Source of the DNA: Bythopirellula sp. | GTDB taxonomy: Bacteria > Planctomycetota > Planctomycetia > Pirellulales > Lacipirellulaceae | Direction of reading: 5' to 3' | Assembly: GCA_965216565.1 (NCBI GenBank) | Contig: OZ244170.1 | Location: 512,001-576,000 of the forward strand | DNA: 64,000 bases | Shown: positions 53,090 through 63,896 of the stretch, one piece after another | How the letters are laid out: each line of letters opens with the position of its first letter | How positions within the stretch are numbered: the first letter of the stretch is position 1 | Notes under the pieces: model-generated | Told to the model about the DNA's origin: nothing | Databases searched by the model: none | Seen by the model: only the letters and a program-made list of their open reading frames with translations | Translations under genes and position numbers: made by a program

Positions 53090-53251
53090 CACATGCCCAG
53101 GGCATGTGTAAAAACATCGTTTGTTTCCCTTCACCATCAAGAGAACAGTGAATGAATACTCTGACTATGCGAGATGTTTTGGCTTTCTGGCAATAGGGTA
53201 ATTTTGGAGCGTTAAGATCAAACACCGTTCGATGACATGCCCTGGGCATGT
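53090..53251. promoter_or_regulatory. Two ACATGCCC-W-GGGCATGT palindromes (parS/operator candidates)
   Basis: 53090-53108 and 53235-53251, upstream of parA. Confidence 0.65.
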
Positions 53252-53459
53252 GGTCGACAAATCGTGCTGAGATAGGGGGGTTCGAGAGGGTGTTGTAGAC
53301 AGGGAGACGACGAGTAAAATTAGGTACTGGACGTGCACTGAACGTGTCAGAGAGCCATTCTGAGCAATTCGGGGTCGTAGCCGAATTACTTACCCAGCCA
53401 GTCCCTGCCGTAGGTTTGCCTACGTCAGAGACTGACACTTCCTGTGGCAAAGGAGGTAT

Positions 53460-53720
53460 GTGCTGGGTAAGTTTAATGCAAAGGAGAACGACGCTATAAG
53501 CCCGCGTTGGATGACGGTCGAACAGATCCGAATTCAACAACGGATGAGACGGCAAACAGTCGTTCAGGCCATGTTGTCAGGTGCGTTGCCGTACGAGCAA
53601 CGGGGTCGCATTCGTTACGCTCGCGTCTCGGATGTTGAAGCCTGGGAGCAAGCACGTCTGGCTGGACAGTGCCAGCCTACGAAGTTAAGAGTCCATAGGG
53701 CTCTCGGGGACTTCGTATGA
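53460..53720 (+). CDS. Excisionase-like HTH protein
   Basis: WMTVEQI..GALPY..RYARVSDVEAW; convergent with the integrase. Confidence 0.65.
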   Translation: MLGKFNAKENDAISPRWMTVEQIRIQQRMRRQTVVQAMLSGALPYEQRGRIRYARVSDVEAWEQARLAGQCQPTKLRVHRALGDFV

Positions 53721-53772
53721 TATTTGGGCCCGATGCACAGGCCCCTACGTGCAGAAGGCCCCCCGGAAATAA

Positions 53773-55035
53773 TCACAGTCGTGATTCGTTTTGAATCTTA
53801 AGATCGACTTTGCCGGTACTTAAGCATTCTCGAACCCATTTGATTGTGTTTCGATTCTCAGGTGAAACTGGTTTCATATAGACATCGGCTATCTGTGAAC
53901 TCGCTGAGTGCCCAAGCCAGCGTTTCATGGAGCTAATTGAACAACCTGGACGAGAGCCAAATTCTGTGGCACCTAAATGTCTTAGAATATAGAACCCATC
54001 TAAGTCCTTACATTGGTCGCCTAGCCGTTGACGGAGTTTAGTCCACCACTGAACGATTGAGTCAGCTTTGTTATGAACCACTGGAAGACCTTTGCGAGTT
54101 ACAAACAGTAGGTCTTCTGATTGCCGCTTAGTGGTCTTGAGATAGGCCTGCATGGAATCCCAAACTAGTTTTGGGGTCTGACCATATCGGTCAATTCCGG
54201 TTTTGCCGCGTCTTAGGTCATAGCTTTCACTGTCAAAGTGGTTGACTTTAATTGCAGCAATATCACGTTGGCCAAATCCGCATCCGATAGCAAGCCAGAC
54301 GATGGCGGTTTGGCGTTCATTACACGCAGAGAGCACTAACTTAATCTGATTGAGGGTAGGGAGCTTCCTAGACACGGGAGCTTTACCATGAAGAATATCA
54401 AGAGCAGACCAATTCCAAGTAAGTGCTTGGCTTCCGTATTCTGGGCGTCCAGCACGACTCACGATATTTTTCACAAATCGGAGTCTTTTGGTTACTTGAG
54501 AGGCGGAATACCCTGATGAGACAAGCATTCGGTTGTATGCTTCTACATCGTGCAAAGTCAGGTCAGTTATCGTTAGAGACTTGACTGCTCCCTTACCGTG
54601 GCGGGTATTTATGAAACCCAGGAATTCTCTCGTATAGGCTTGACGGTCATTGAAAAGGTCACGTGTGATTGTGCCTGAACGTCGGGCTTCGCCAGGAGGT
54701 CTCACTCGGGATTCTTCGTATTCGAGCAATCCAGAAGTGACATCTAATAAGCTTCCAGGTGCGTATTCAGCTTCTATAGTCTTAGGGTTGGATTCTGAGT
54801 GAGGGGTTTCTTCCGTGGCCTTCCGCCTGGGTTGCTGCTCCGGTAGAATGCCATGCAGGTAAGAGGCCACCCACTCGTGGTAGGCTCTCTCAGCCTCAGC
54901 CTGGGTATCCGCTTGAAAGCGATGCTTTCTAGGATTCCCTGTCTGCGGATCGCGAAATGATACGTGCCATCCGATTCCACGAAGCTCCGTATAATTGAGT
55001 TTCGGGATACGTTTTTTACGAGAATTAGAAGCCAT
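53773..55035 (-). CDS. Tyrosine recombinase/integrase
   Basis: RRGKTG, YILRH, LGH and C-terminal Tyr (ADVY); adjacent to the tRNA. Confidence 0.88.
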   Translation of the reverse strand: MASNSRKKRIPKLNYTELRGIGWHVSFRDPQTGNPRKHRFQADTQAEAERAYHEWVASYLHGILPEQQPRRKATEETPHSESNPKTIEAEYAPGSLLDVTSGLLEYEESRVRPPGEARRSGTITRDLFNDRQAYTREFLGFINTRHGKGAVKSLTITDLTLHDVEAYNRMLVSSGYSASQVTKRLRFVKNIVSRAGRPEYGSQALTWNWSALDILHGKAPVSRKLPTLNQIKLVLSACNERQTAIVWLAIGCGFGQRDIAAIKVNHFDSESYDLRRGKTGIDRYGQTPKLVWDSMQAYLKTTKRQSEDLLFVTRKGLPVVHNKADSIVQWWTKLRQRLGDQCKDLDGFYILRHLGATEFGSRPGCSISSMKRWLGHSASSQIADVYMKPVSPENRNTIKWVRECLSTGKVDLKIQNESRL

Positions 55036-55039
55036 TAGA

Positions 55040-55115
55040 TTGCACTACAGGCAAGATAGGAAGGGAATTGCCTTAACAGAATTGTAGTGCAACGGGGCCT
55101 GAAAAAGTAGTGCAA
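55040..55115. repeat. Three GTAGTGCAA copies (candidate integrase arm-type sites)
   Basis: 55040-55048 inverted; 55084-55092 and 55107-55115 direct. Confidence 0.6.
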
Positions 55116-55124
55116 GCCCCATTA

Positions 55125-55197
<73 letters not shown>

Positions 55198-55203
55198 TTC
55201 ATC

Positions 55204-55230
55204 AAACCCTTGCTGAGCGAGGGTTTTTTG
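55204..55230 (+). terminator. Rho-independent terminator
   Basis: AAACCCTTGC-TGA-GCGAGGGTTT plus T-run. Confidence 0.75.
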
Positions 55231-55267
55231 ATGCGCGATAGAATTCATCTAGCAGCCCACTTAGGAT

Positions 55268-56383
55268 TTAAGCATTTGCCGTGGTTGGTTCCCACCAGTT
55301 AGACGCGAATGCTTTGACCCGTAGTAGCTGAGAGATCACACTGCTCGGCGAATAGTGAGTGTGTTGCCAAACGGGCTCTAAACGAGTGCGGAGTTGGCGT
55401 TTGCTTTCTAAAGCGTCGGGGCCGAGTTCGTAAATTGTATCGCCACGTTCAAAACTATCTTCGATGGCCATGGTTTCGACCATGTTACCGGGGCTCAGCT
55501 TCGCGGAGTCTGGATCGAATCCGAGACGCAAGGCAAACACATGACCTTGGAAGCAATAGTTGTACGCAAAGGAGATAGGGCGCTCGTCGACGTACAGCAA
55601 GTTCATGTCGACGCAGCCCAGTTTGCATGCTGACTCATGGACGGTGTGCAGAAAGTCGCGGACTTCGGGGTGATTCAGGGTATTTCCAGTTTTTGAAGAA
55701 CCCTGCCAACTGACTTCTGCCAGGGCAACGCAGGTATCGAACAGGTCCCAGCGGGGATCGACTTCTCCGTGCTGCTCGCCTCGTGGGCGGTATCTTTCAA
55801 ATCGCGCCTTACCCGCAGCGGCCAATTTCTTGCGTTGACGTCGAAAGTGGCTGCGCCAACTCTTAGAGCGACTCGCTACATAGTCCTCCCAGTTGCCCTC
55901 CAGGTCGATCATGGACGTCTGATGACGAATCCGTGTTTGGACACTGAGCCCTTTCTCAGCAAGCAACTTGAGTGTGGTTGCGGAATCAAGAGATTCAGGT
56001 GGCGTCCACCGAAAGTCGAGAATTTCCCAGTCGCGTTTGGTCTGGAGCAAATGATCAAGGGCTGCCTGGGTGGTCTCATTCGGTTTGGGGCCAATTGGAC
56101 CAAAGTACGAACCCCAGTCATCTAGGGGGTAGGAAAGTACACGCGCGGTGCCTAGCTTGCGTTCTTCTCTACGGATCACAAATGGCGTGATCCCAATGGG
56201 ATTTCTAACATCTCCAAGAATCAAGACTCGCAGCTTCAGATCAGTACGAGAGTGTTTGCAGATAGCCTCCAACCACTCAAGCGATCGAAAGAAAGAGCCG
56301 CCTGGAGTTCTATGTAGCAGATTGGTCCACGCACCTCGCAGCGGTGCAAGGTCTTCGATCCGATCTATTTCCGTAATTTTCAC
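55268..56383 (-). CDS. GNAT-family acetyltransferase (CelD/BcsL-like)
   Basis: FFRSLEWL, WEDYVASRSK, LSPG..YELG..K pattern. Confidence 0.8.
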   Translation of the reverse strand: MKITEIDRIEDLAPLRGAWTNLLHRTPGGSFFRSLEWLEAICKHSRTDLKLRVLILGDVRNPIGITPFVIRREERKLGTARVLSYPLDDWGSYFGPIGPKPNETTQAALDHLLQTKRDWEILDFRWTPPESLDSATTLKLLAEKGLSVQTRIRHQTSMIDLEGNWEDYVASRSKSWRSHFRRQRKKLAAAGKARFERYRPRGEQHGEVDPRWDLFDTCVALAEVSWQGSSKTGNTLNHPEVRDFLHTVHESACKLGCVDMNLLYVDERPISFAYNYCFQGHVFALRLGFDPDSAKLSPGNMVETMAIEDSFERGDTIYELGPDALESKRQLRTRLEPVWQHTHYSPSSVISQLLRVKAFASNWWEPTTANA

Positions 56384-56629
56384 AGACCTTGCCCGAGGAA
56401 AATGATTTCGCTGCCACTAGCGAAGTGCAGGTAGCTGGGAAAGCCTATCTCGGGCTCGATTGTCAGTCAAAAACGGAAATGGGAAAGCGCGGCAAGCGGT
56501 ACCGCGATCGTAAGGAAAATACCGATCGTGAGGTCTCTGCAGGCGGGAACGCGATACCGCTGGTGTCGTAGTCGCTGCTTCTGCGTAGAGCGTGCTGGTG
56601 ACACAAGCCGCCAAATTGACCGGTCTTGC

Positions 56630-56848
56630 TTACCAGCTCCAGCGGTGGTTACGTCGATGGGTGATGCCCACAACGGTGCTATCCGCCCCGCGACTTCCAC
56701 TGTGTCGTCGCTTCTTGCTTTTTAGCTGAGAGCGGCGATTGCGAGCCACAAGCGTAGAGTGGTTCTTCCTTGCTCTTCTTGAGTCAGAAGAATCGTACTG
56801 ATCAGAGTCATATTCGCCGTAATGTGCGGATTGAAGTGGACCGTCCAT
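56630..56848 (-). CDS. Small basic hypothetical protein
   Basis: GGAGG RBS; Arg/Lys-rich 72 aa. Confidence 0.45.
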   Translation of the reverse strand: MDGPLQSAHYGEYDSDQYDSSDSRRARKNHSTLVARNRRSQLKSKKRRHSGSRGADSTVVGITHRRNHRWSW

Positions 56849-58086
56849 TTTCGATCTGCCTCCAGGTTCTTGCTATTCGATGCAGCTATTCTGTGAGCCG
56901 CGTGAGATTCATGCGTGCGAGACCGCTTGGGGCCTCGATCTTCACCGCAAGTAATTGCAACCAGCGTGCCGAATCAAGGAGGTGAGAGTTTCTCGGGATC
57001 AGATGCTAGGCATAGGAATAGGCCAAACAGCATTAACCCTTGCCATGAGGGTTGTTACAGAATTAACGATTGGCAGGCCGGGATTTTTGAGAGGCCGACT
57101 TTTACTTCGCCAACGCAAAACTGAAGGCGGACAGAGCACCCTGGATCACAATTCTGGTGATCAAGGAGTAGAATTCCTGTAAGTGCTTATTAGAGCAATG
57201 CTTAGCCAGAATTGGCAGAGAATTGGGACTTCCGGATCATGATGATTACGTCAAATGATGACGACGCAACTCTATTCTCAATAGCGGTTTACGAACGCGC
57301 ATCACAAGACGAGGGATACCGTTTCACCAAAATGGTGAAAGTCGGGACCCCTGGCGTTCTCGCAGGATTCTCGATTCGGAGCAGTCCTACCGTTGAATCA
57401 GGGCGCAAGCGGGGCTACTGGCCGGCGTGAGGCTGCCCTTCTTTTCGAACAGACCACGCGCCCTGTCACTGAGGGATCTGCGCATCCACCTGGGCTCGGC
57501 TAGTTCGACCGCCATTTGCACTGCGTCCTCCTGAGGGCAGAGAGCGCTAGCGCGAGGACAGTACGGCTCCTCCTTGGACTACCCATTCGGCAATTCAGGA
57601 ACGAGCGCAACAGCCTAATAAAGCAGCAAAAAGGCAGCTTATTGCAGGTGCAATTGAATTGTCACGCGAATGCGAGGATCACATTGGACTAACCTCCAAG
57701 AATGAGCAAAACGGTCGACAGAACCCGTGTGTCGCTACGGACTCGTAGCGCGGGCAATGTATGCGGGGAGATATGGGTAAACTTCTTTAGAGAAGTGAGT
57801 GACAAGCGGAATGCTGGAGATCACTAGCGGGGAGGAGTTGGATCAAGGTGCATTATCAATGGGTGTGCCGCTACATCTTGCAGGCGGGGACCTTACAAAT
57901 CTGCAAGTGTCATGCCAACTATTGCCGTTGGGTGCTCTTAACGGTCCGAATCAGCCTGCGCTTAGGTAAAAGTCTGCCAAAATGGCACTCTGAGCCGGAG
58001 GCGCCTACTTCCGATCTCAAGACCTATTTCTGCGTTTAATGCTTGTATAACGGGGTATTGTGGGATTCTCTCGCTTCTTGCTGGCG

Positions 58087-58102
58087 TTGGCACGCCCGTT
58101 GC
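58087..58102 (+). promoter_or_regulatory. sigma54 (-24/-12) promoter
   Basis: TTGGCACGCCCGTTGC matches TGGCACG-N4-TTGC, about 120 nt upstream of groEL. Confidence 0.7.
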
Positions 58103-58220
58103 GTTTGATAGTCCAAACATCGATTTCTAACTGCCAAAATCGCCAGAGCTGAGCGGCTGTGCTCGGCTAGAAGGCGTTATTTACCTTCCAATCCTAGAAC
58201 GAAACAATTCGACAAAGGAG

Positions 58221-59948
58221 TTGAACGTGCCCAAGCAAATGGTTTTTGAGGACGATGCCCGCAAACCGCTGGCCGCCGGAGTTGAAAAACTCGCCCGTGC
58301 GGTTAGAAGCACCCTAGGACCACGTGGTCGTAATGCGGTCTTAGACAAAGGCTGGGGATCGCCCAAGGTCACAAAAGATGGTGTCACAGTGGCTGAGGAC
58401 ATTGAATTAGACGATCCCTATGAAAACCTGGGTGCTCAGCTGGTAAAAGAAGCCGCCAGCAAAACGAATGATGTTGCCGGAGACGGCACAACGACCGCAA
58501 CCGTGTTGGCTGAGGGCATCTTTCGCGAAGGTCTGAAGATGATTGCCGCCGGTGCCGACCCTATGGCCCTGGGTCGGGGGATTTCAAAGGCGGCCGAAGC
58601 CATGACCACGGCGATTGGCAAGTTGGCCGAGCCTGTGGAAGTGAAGAATAAGAAGAGTCTCCAACAAATCGCCACGATTGCCGGCAACAACGATCCCACT
58701 ATCGGTAGCGTTCTGGCTGACGCCTTCGGCAAGGTTGGCAAAGATGGTGTCATCACCATCGAAGAGGGACGCGGCAACGAAACTACCGTTGAGGTAGTCG
58801 AAGGTATGCAATTCGACCGCGGCTATCTCTCTCCGCATTTCGTAAACAACGAAGACAGCCAGTCCGTGGAATTTGAGAGCTGCCTAGTCTTGGTTTATGA
58901 AGAAAAAATATCCAGTGCGAAGGCCTTGGTGCCATTACTGGAAGCAGTTTCGAAGAGCGGCAAGCCATTGCTAATTCTTGCTGAGGATATCGAGGGTGAG
59001 GCCCTCGCCACGCTCGTAGTTAACAAGCTACGCGGCATCGTCAACGTAGCCGCAGTGAAAGCTCCCGGCTATGGTGATCGTCGTAAGGCAATGCTAGGCG
59101 ATATTGCAACGCTTACCGGTGCCACTGCCGTCTTTAAAGATCTGGGCATCAAGCTCGATGCCATTCAGCTTTCCGATCTTGGCAAGTGCCGCAAGATTAC
59201 GATCACCAGCGATAACACCACAATGGTAGGTGGTGGCGGTAAGAAGGACGACATCCTCGGCCGTGCCGACCAAATTCGTCGCGAGATCGAATCTACGGAT
59301 AGCGACTACGATCGCGAGAAGCTACAAGAACGGCTCGCCAAGCTGGCAGGTGGCGTCGCACAGATCAATTGTGGAGCCGCCACTGAGACTGAGATGAAGG
59401 AGCGCAAGGCTCTACTCGACGATGCCCGTGCTGCTACTCACGCGGCTTTGGCCGAGGGCGTCGTTCCTGGTGGTGGTGTTGCATTGCTTCGCAGCGAAAA
59501 GGCACTCAACAAGTTGAAGCTTGAGGGTGACGAAGGTTTGGGCGTGGAGATTATCCGCAGGGTGCTTGACTATCCGTTGCGATACATTGCCCAGAATTCG
59601 GGCGTAGACGGAGCTGTCGTAGTGAACCGAGTTCGCCAATTGAAGGGTAAGAATGAAGGTTACAACGCAGATAAGGATACCTACTGCGATTTGATCGAAG
59701 CCGGAGTGATTGACCCCGCGAAGGTGGTTCGAACTTCACTCCAGAATGCAGCCAGCGTTGCAGCACTATTGCTGACAACCGATTCGCTAGTGACCGAAAT
59801 TCCTAAGGAGGAAGAAGAGGCTGGCGGAGACCATCATGACCACGGCATGGGCGGCATGGACCCGATGGGTGGCATGGGCGGTATGGGTGGCATGGGCGGT
59901 GGTATGCCTGGCATGGGTGGAATGGGCGGCATGCCTGGGATGATGTAA
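58221..59948 (+). CDS. groEL: Chaperonin GroEL (copy 1)
   Basis: [18 protein letters not shown] tail; start may be GTG 58227. Confidence 0.97.
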   Translation: MNVPKQMVFEDDARKPLAAGVEKLARAVRSTLGPRGRNAVLDKGWGSPKVTKDGVTVAEDIELDDPYENLGAQLVKEAASKTNDVAGDGTTTATVLAEGIFREGLKMIAAGADPMALGRGISKAAEAMTTAIGKLAEPVEVKNKKSLQQIATIAGNNDPTIGSVLADAFGKVGKDGVITIEEGRGNETTVEVVEGMQFDRGYLSPHFVNNEDSQSVEFESCLVLVYEEKISSAKALVPLLEAVSKSGKPLLILAEDIEGEALATLVVNKLRGIVNVAAVKAPGYGDRRKAMLGDIATLTGATAVFKDLGIKLDAIQLSDLGKCRKITITSDNTTMVGGGGKKDDILGRADQIRREIESTDSDYDREKLQERLAKLAGGVAQINCGAATETEMKERKALLDDARAATHAALAEGVVPGGGVALLRSEKALNKLKLEGDEGLGVEIIRRVLDYPLRYIAQNSGVDGAVVVNRVRQLKGKNEGYNADKDTYCDLIEAGVIDPAKVVRTSLQNAASVAALLLTTDSLVTEIPKEEEEAGGDHHDHGMGGMDPMGGMGGMGGMGGGMPGMGGMGGMPGMM

Positions 59949-60038
59949 GAGGCTGTAGTCCCCCCCTTAACAAAACACAACTCCGCATTGCTTCGAGTTT
60001 AGCTGCGGATCCATAACAAATAGCAAAGGAATTTTATC

Positions 60039-60335
60039 ATGGCAAAAATCAATCTACGTCCCCTAGATGATCGTGTCGTTGTCGAACCCTCCGAAGCTGA
60101 GGAAGTTACCTCTGGCGGTATCGTGCTTCCTGATGCAGCCCAGGAAAAGCCACAGCGCGGCAAGGTCGTAGCCGTCGGCGCTGGCAAGCTACTCGATAGT
60201 GGCAATCGTGGTGAACTGTCCGTCGACATCGGTGACGTAGTGATCTACGGCAAGTACGGCGGGTCGGATGTTGAAGTCAACGGCAGCGAGTACAAGATTC
60301 TTCGCGAGAGCGATATCTTAGCCAAAGTTGTCTAA
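60039..60335 (+). CDS. groES: Co-chaperonin GroES
   Basis: [18 protein letters not shown]. Confidence 0.97.
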   Translation: MAKINLRPLDDRVVVEPSEAEEVTSGGIVLPDAAQEKPQRGKVVAVGAGKLLDSGNRGELSVDIGDVVIYGKYGGSDVEVNGSEYKILRESDILAKVV

Positions 60336-60399
60336 GACCGAATATCAAACAATCAATACTCGGGTGCATGCCCTTATTCCCAGACAAGGAAAATAAATC

Positions 60400-62019
60400 G
60401 TGGCAAAACAACTTATGTTCGACGATACCGCACGCAGTAAGCTGCTACGCGGCGTAGACAAACTGGCTGATGCGGTCGCAGTGACAATGGGCCCTACCGG
60501 GCGTAACGTTATCATCAACAAGTCGTTTGGTGGACCCACAGTTACCAAAGACGGCGTAACTGTAAGCAAGGAAGTCGAATTGGAAGATCCCTTCGAGAAC
60601 ATGGGCGCAAAGCTCGTTCACGAAGTTGCTGATAAGACTTCCACGCTCGCGGGCGATGGCACCACAACCGCTACTGTCCTGGCTCGGGCAATTCTGAAGG
60701 AAGGCACTCGTAATGTCGTTGCCGGTAGTAATCCGATGGCCGTGCAGCGTGGTATCCGCCGTGCCGTTGAGGCTGCTGTCGAGAAACTCGACGACATGTC
60801 GAAAAAGGTTTCCAGTAAGGAGCAAATCGCTCAAGTTGGTGCCATAAGTGCCAACAATGATCGTGTCATCGGCGATTTGCTGGCTGACGCTATGGAGAAA
60901 GTTGGTAAAGACGGTGTCATCACCGTGGAAGAAGGTCGCTCGACTGAGACCACTCTCGACATGGTCGAAGGCATGCAGTTCGACAAGGGTTTTCTCTCGC
61001 CCTATTTCATCAACCAAACCGCAGATATGGAATGCGTGTTGGAAGATGCCTACATGCTAATTCACGAAAAGAAGATTAGCAATTTACGCGAACTGCTTCC
61101 AATCTTGGAACTGGTAAGCCAAAAGGGCAAGCCATTGCTGATTATCGCTGAGGACGTCGAGGGTGAAGCTCTGGCGGCGTTGGTGGTAAACAAGCTTCGC
61201 GGCATCCTAAACGTATGTGCTGTCAAAGCCCCCGGTTTTGGCGATCGCCGTAAAGCGATGCTCGGTGACATTGCCACGCTTACAGGCGGAACGCTCATCA
61301 GCGAAGATCTAGGCCAGAAGCTTGAGAGCATTACGCTAGAAGAGTTGGGACGCGCTAAGAAGATTACGGTCAGCAAAGAAGCGACCACGATCGTACAAGG
61401 TGCGGGTGACACCAAGGACGTGCAGAAGCGAATTGGACAAATTCGCAAATCGATCGAGGGCACCACGAGCGACTACGATCGCGAAAAGCTGCAAGAGCGG
61501 CTCGCCAAGCTTACCGGCGGAGTGGCCATAGTTTCGGTAGGTGCCAGTAGCGAAGCCGACATGAAGCAAAAGAAGGCCCGCGTAGAAGATGCCCTGCACG
61601 CAACACGAGCAGCTGTTGAAGAAGGAATTCTTCCCGGTGGCGGCGTTGCACTGCTTCGTTGTAAAGAAGCTGTTGAGGGAGCTCGTAATGGTGCCAAGGG
61701 CGACGAGAAGATTGGCGTCGACATTATCGCCGGCGTGCTCGATGCCCCGCTCCGTCAGATTGCTGACAACTGCGGGCTAGATGGTAGCGTGGTTGCCGAT
61801 GAAGTTAGCCAAAAGGGACAAGCCACTGGCTACGACGCCAATAATGGCCAATATATCGACATGTTCAAGGCCGGTATTATCGATCCAACGAAGGTTGTGA
61901 AAACAGCCCTCACCAATGCATCAAGCATTGCCGGGTTGATGCTTACGACCGAGGCGCTCGTGACGAACTACGATGCCAAGGAACAAGACAAGCGAGCTGT
62001 TGTCGGCAGCATTCGCTAG
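60400..62019 (+). CDS. groEL: Chaperonin GroEL (copy 2)
   Basis: [14 protein letters not shown]; no GGM tail. Confidence 0.97.
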   Translation: MAKQLMFDDTARSKLLRGVDKLADAVAVTMGPTGRNVIINKSFGGPTVTKDGVTVSKEVELEDPFENMGAKLVHEVADKTSTLAGDGTTTATVLARAILKEGTRNVVAGSNPMAVQRGIRRAVEAAVEKLDDMSKKVSSKEQIAQVGAISANNDRVIGDLLADAMEKVGKDGVITVEEGRSTETTLDMVEGMQFDKGFLSPYFINQTADMECVLEDAYMLIHEKKISNLRELLPILELVSQKGKPLLIIAEDVEGEALAALVVNKLRGILNVCAVKAPGFGDRRKAMLGDIATLTGGTLISEDLGQKLESITLEELGRAKKITVSKEATTIVQGAGDTKDVQKRIGQIRKSIEGTTSDYDREKLQERLAKLTGGVAIVSVGASSEADMKQKKARVEDALHATRAAVEEGILPGGGVALLRCKEAVEGARNGAKGDEKIGVDIIAGVLDAPLRQIADNCGLDGSVVADEVSQKGQATGYDANNGQYIDMFKAGIIDPTKVVKTALTNASSIAGLMLTTEALVTNYDAKEQDKRAVVGSIR

Positions 62020-62134
62020 TAGCCATTCAGATCGGCATTTTTCACAGCGGGCCACTCGGCTATCCTAAGCCAGTGGCCCGGCTGTGTGTTCAGAGATCCC
62101 CGTTTTTGCAGTGACTCGCTCCAACTGATCCGTC

Positions 62135-63265
62135 ATGCCTACCAAACGCGATTATTATGAAATTCTGAGCGTCACGCGTGAAGCGTCTGAAGGGGAGATT
62201 TCGACGAGCTATCGAAAGCTGGCCGTTAAATATCATCCAGATAAGAACCCCGGTGACCAAGAGGCACTGGATTGTTTCAAAGAGGCTTCCGAAGCTTTTG
62301 AAGTCTTGCATGATCCCGAAAAGCGAGCACTCTACGACCGCTACGGCCATGCTGGAGTTAGCAATGGTGCCGGGGGAGGAGCCCAGTTCTCCGATGTAGA
62401 AGATATTTTCAGTGCCTTTGGAGATATCTTTGGCGACATTTTTGGTGGCGGTGGCGGCGGACGAGGCCGGCGTCGAGTGCGCAAGGGCCGCGATGTCCGT
62501 TGTGATGTTGAGTTGACCTTGGAAGAAGCAGCCGCTGGCGTTCGCAAAACAGTCCAGTTCCAGCGCCATGAGAAATGCGAGACCTGCGATGGGTCGGGCG
62601 CCGCCGAGGGGGCGACGCGTGAAACTTGTTCCTACTGCGGTGGACGTGGTCAGGTTGTGCAAGCGGCGGGCATCGTTCGTGTACAAACCGCGTGTCCTGC
62701 TTGCCATGGCGAGGGTTCCTCTGTGAGCTCTCCGTGCAAGGATTGTCGTGGCACGGGTCACGAGAAGAAAAAAGTAGAAGTCGAAGTCGAGATCCCCGCG
62801 GGTGTTGACGACGGGATGCAAGTCCGTATCACCGGGCAAGGAGAGCCCAGTCCTCAGGGCGGGCCCCCTGGCGATTGTTACTGTTTTGTCTCAGTTAAGA
62901 GTCACAACTTATTTGAGCGCGACGGTCAGCATTTGATCTGTCGAGTTCCCATCACCTACTCGCAGGCGGCTCTGGGTTGCGAGTTGGAAGTGCCGACCCT
63001 CAATGGTCGGGCCGATGTGACCGTGCCCCCAGGAACCCAGTCTGGCAAGGTGTTTCGCCTTCGTGGTCAAGGACTGGAAGACCCACGGATGGTGGGGGTT
63101 GGAGATATGCTGGTGCAGGTAAATATCGAAGTACCTAAGAAGCTTGATGAAGAAGAAGAGAAACTCTTGCGGCAACTTGCCGAGGTGGAGCACAAGAACG
63201 TCGCTCCCGAGAGAAAAGGCTTCTTTGAGTCAGTCAAAGAGTATTTTTCTGAGCTTGTTGAATAG
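62135..63265 (+). CDS. dnaJ: Chaperone DnaJ
   Basis: J-domain HPD, G/F region, four CxxCxGxG. Confidence 0.97.
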   Translation: MPTKRDYYEILSVTREASEGEISTSYRKLAVKYHPDKNPGDQEALDCFKEASEAFEVLHDPEKRALYDRYGHAGVSNGAGGGAQFSDVEDIFSAFGDIFGDIFGGGGGGRGRRRVRKGRDVRCDVELTLEEAAAGVRKTVQFQRHEKCETCDGSGAAEGATRETCSYCGGRGQVVQAAGIVRVQTACPACHGEGSSVSSPCKDCRGTGHEKKKVEVEVEIPAGVDDGMQVRITGQGEPSPQGGPPGDCYCFVSVKSHNLFERDGQHLICRVPITYSQAALGCELEVPTLNGRADVTVPPGTQSGKVFRLRGQGLEDPRMVGVGDMLVQVNIEVPKKLDEEEEKLLRQLAEVEHKNVAPERKGFFESVKEYFSELVE

Positions 63266-63313
63266 AATCAGACAACATTCAAAGAGTCGTTGCCCTAAGG
63301 GAGCCAATTAGAG

Positions 63314-63880
63314 ATGGCAAAACAGACCCCCGAAGATGAAGCATTGGAGCAGGCCAGCACTGAGGAAGGTGCGTCGATTGCTGGGCAGATTGATGCTGCG
63401 TGTGCGGAAGACGAGGCTTCAGGCCTGCAGAACGAGTTGGCGGCAGAGAAGGATCGCTATCTTCGCTTGCAAGCCGAGATGCAAAACCTACGAACTCGCA
63501 CGTCCAGAGAAATTGCAGACGAACGTCGCTACGGAGCGATGCCTGTACTGAGAGAGATTCTCCCGGTTGTTGACAATATCGACCGGGCTATTGAAGCGGC
63601 TGAGCAGCAGAACGATAGCGCTAGCTTACTGGAAGGCTTTAAGCTCGTGCGGCAGCAGCTGGTCGCGGCCCTGGAAAAACACAATTGCCTGCCGATCGAT
63701 GCCTTGGGCCAGCCCTTCGACCCTCAAATTCATGAAGCCATCCTCAAGCAACCCTCGGACGAATATCCTGCTGACCATGTTACGATGGTGACCCAACAAG
63801 GGTACCAGTTGCACGAGCGTGTAGTGCGCCCGGCACAAGTGATCGTTTCTGCCGGCAGCGAGGGAGCCGACGCCAGTTAA
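63314..63880 (+). CDS. grpE: Nucleotide exchange factor GrpE
   Basis: LPVVDNIDRA, FDPQIHEA, GY..RPAQV. Confidence 0.95.
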   Translation: MAKQTPEDEALEQASTEEGASIAGQIDAACAEDEASGLQNELAAEKDRYLRLQAEMQNLRTRTSREIADERRYGAMPVLREILPVVDNIDRAIEAAEQQNDSASLLEGFKLVRQQLVAALEKHNCLPIDALGQPFDPQIHEAILKQPSDEYPADHVTMVTQQGYQLHERVVRPAQVIVSAGSEGADAS

Positions 63881-63896
63881 CTTTCGGAACTGAACA

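Larger units (their letters stand above)
22000..55124. mobile_element. Integrated plasmid/ICE-like genomic island at tRNA-Lys
   Basis: Integrase and excisionase next to the tRNA; ParAB, Rep, DUF932, TopB, IS elements; visibly AT-richer sequence. Left boundary not located and may lie outside the window. Confidence 0.75.

Noticed and set aside
53064..53555. Long N-terminal extension of ParA in the ORF track
   Set aside because: It spans palindromic sites and overlaps the divergent xis gene; a TTG start with RBS at 53063 fits better
22000..55124. Prophage interpretation of the island
   Set aside because: No capsid, portal, terminase, tail or lysis genes recognised
57982..58008. Possible CIRCE element (ATGGCACTC-N9-GGCGCCTAC)
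   Set aside because: The right arm deviates too far from GAGTGCTAA
56850..58050. 1.2-kb gap with short ORFs upstream of groEL
   Set aside because: No convincing coding signal or RNA motif recognised by eye; left unannotated
59845..59945. GGCATGGG-type tandem repeats
   Set aside because: They simply encode the GroEL GGM tail
62090..62839. 249-aa antisense ORF and similar shadow ORFs over groEL, cusA, copA and pAgo
   Set aside because: Antisense or alternate-frame shadows of well-supported genes
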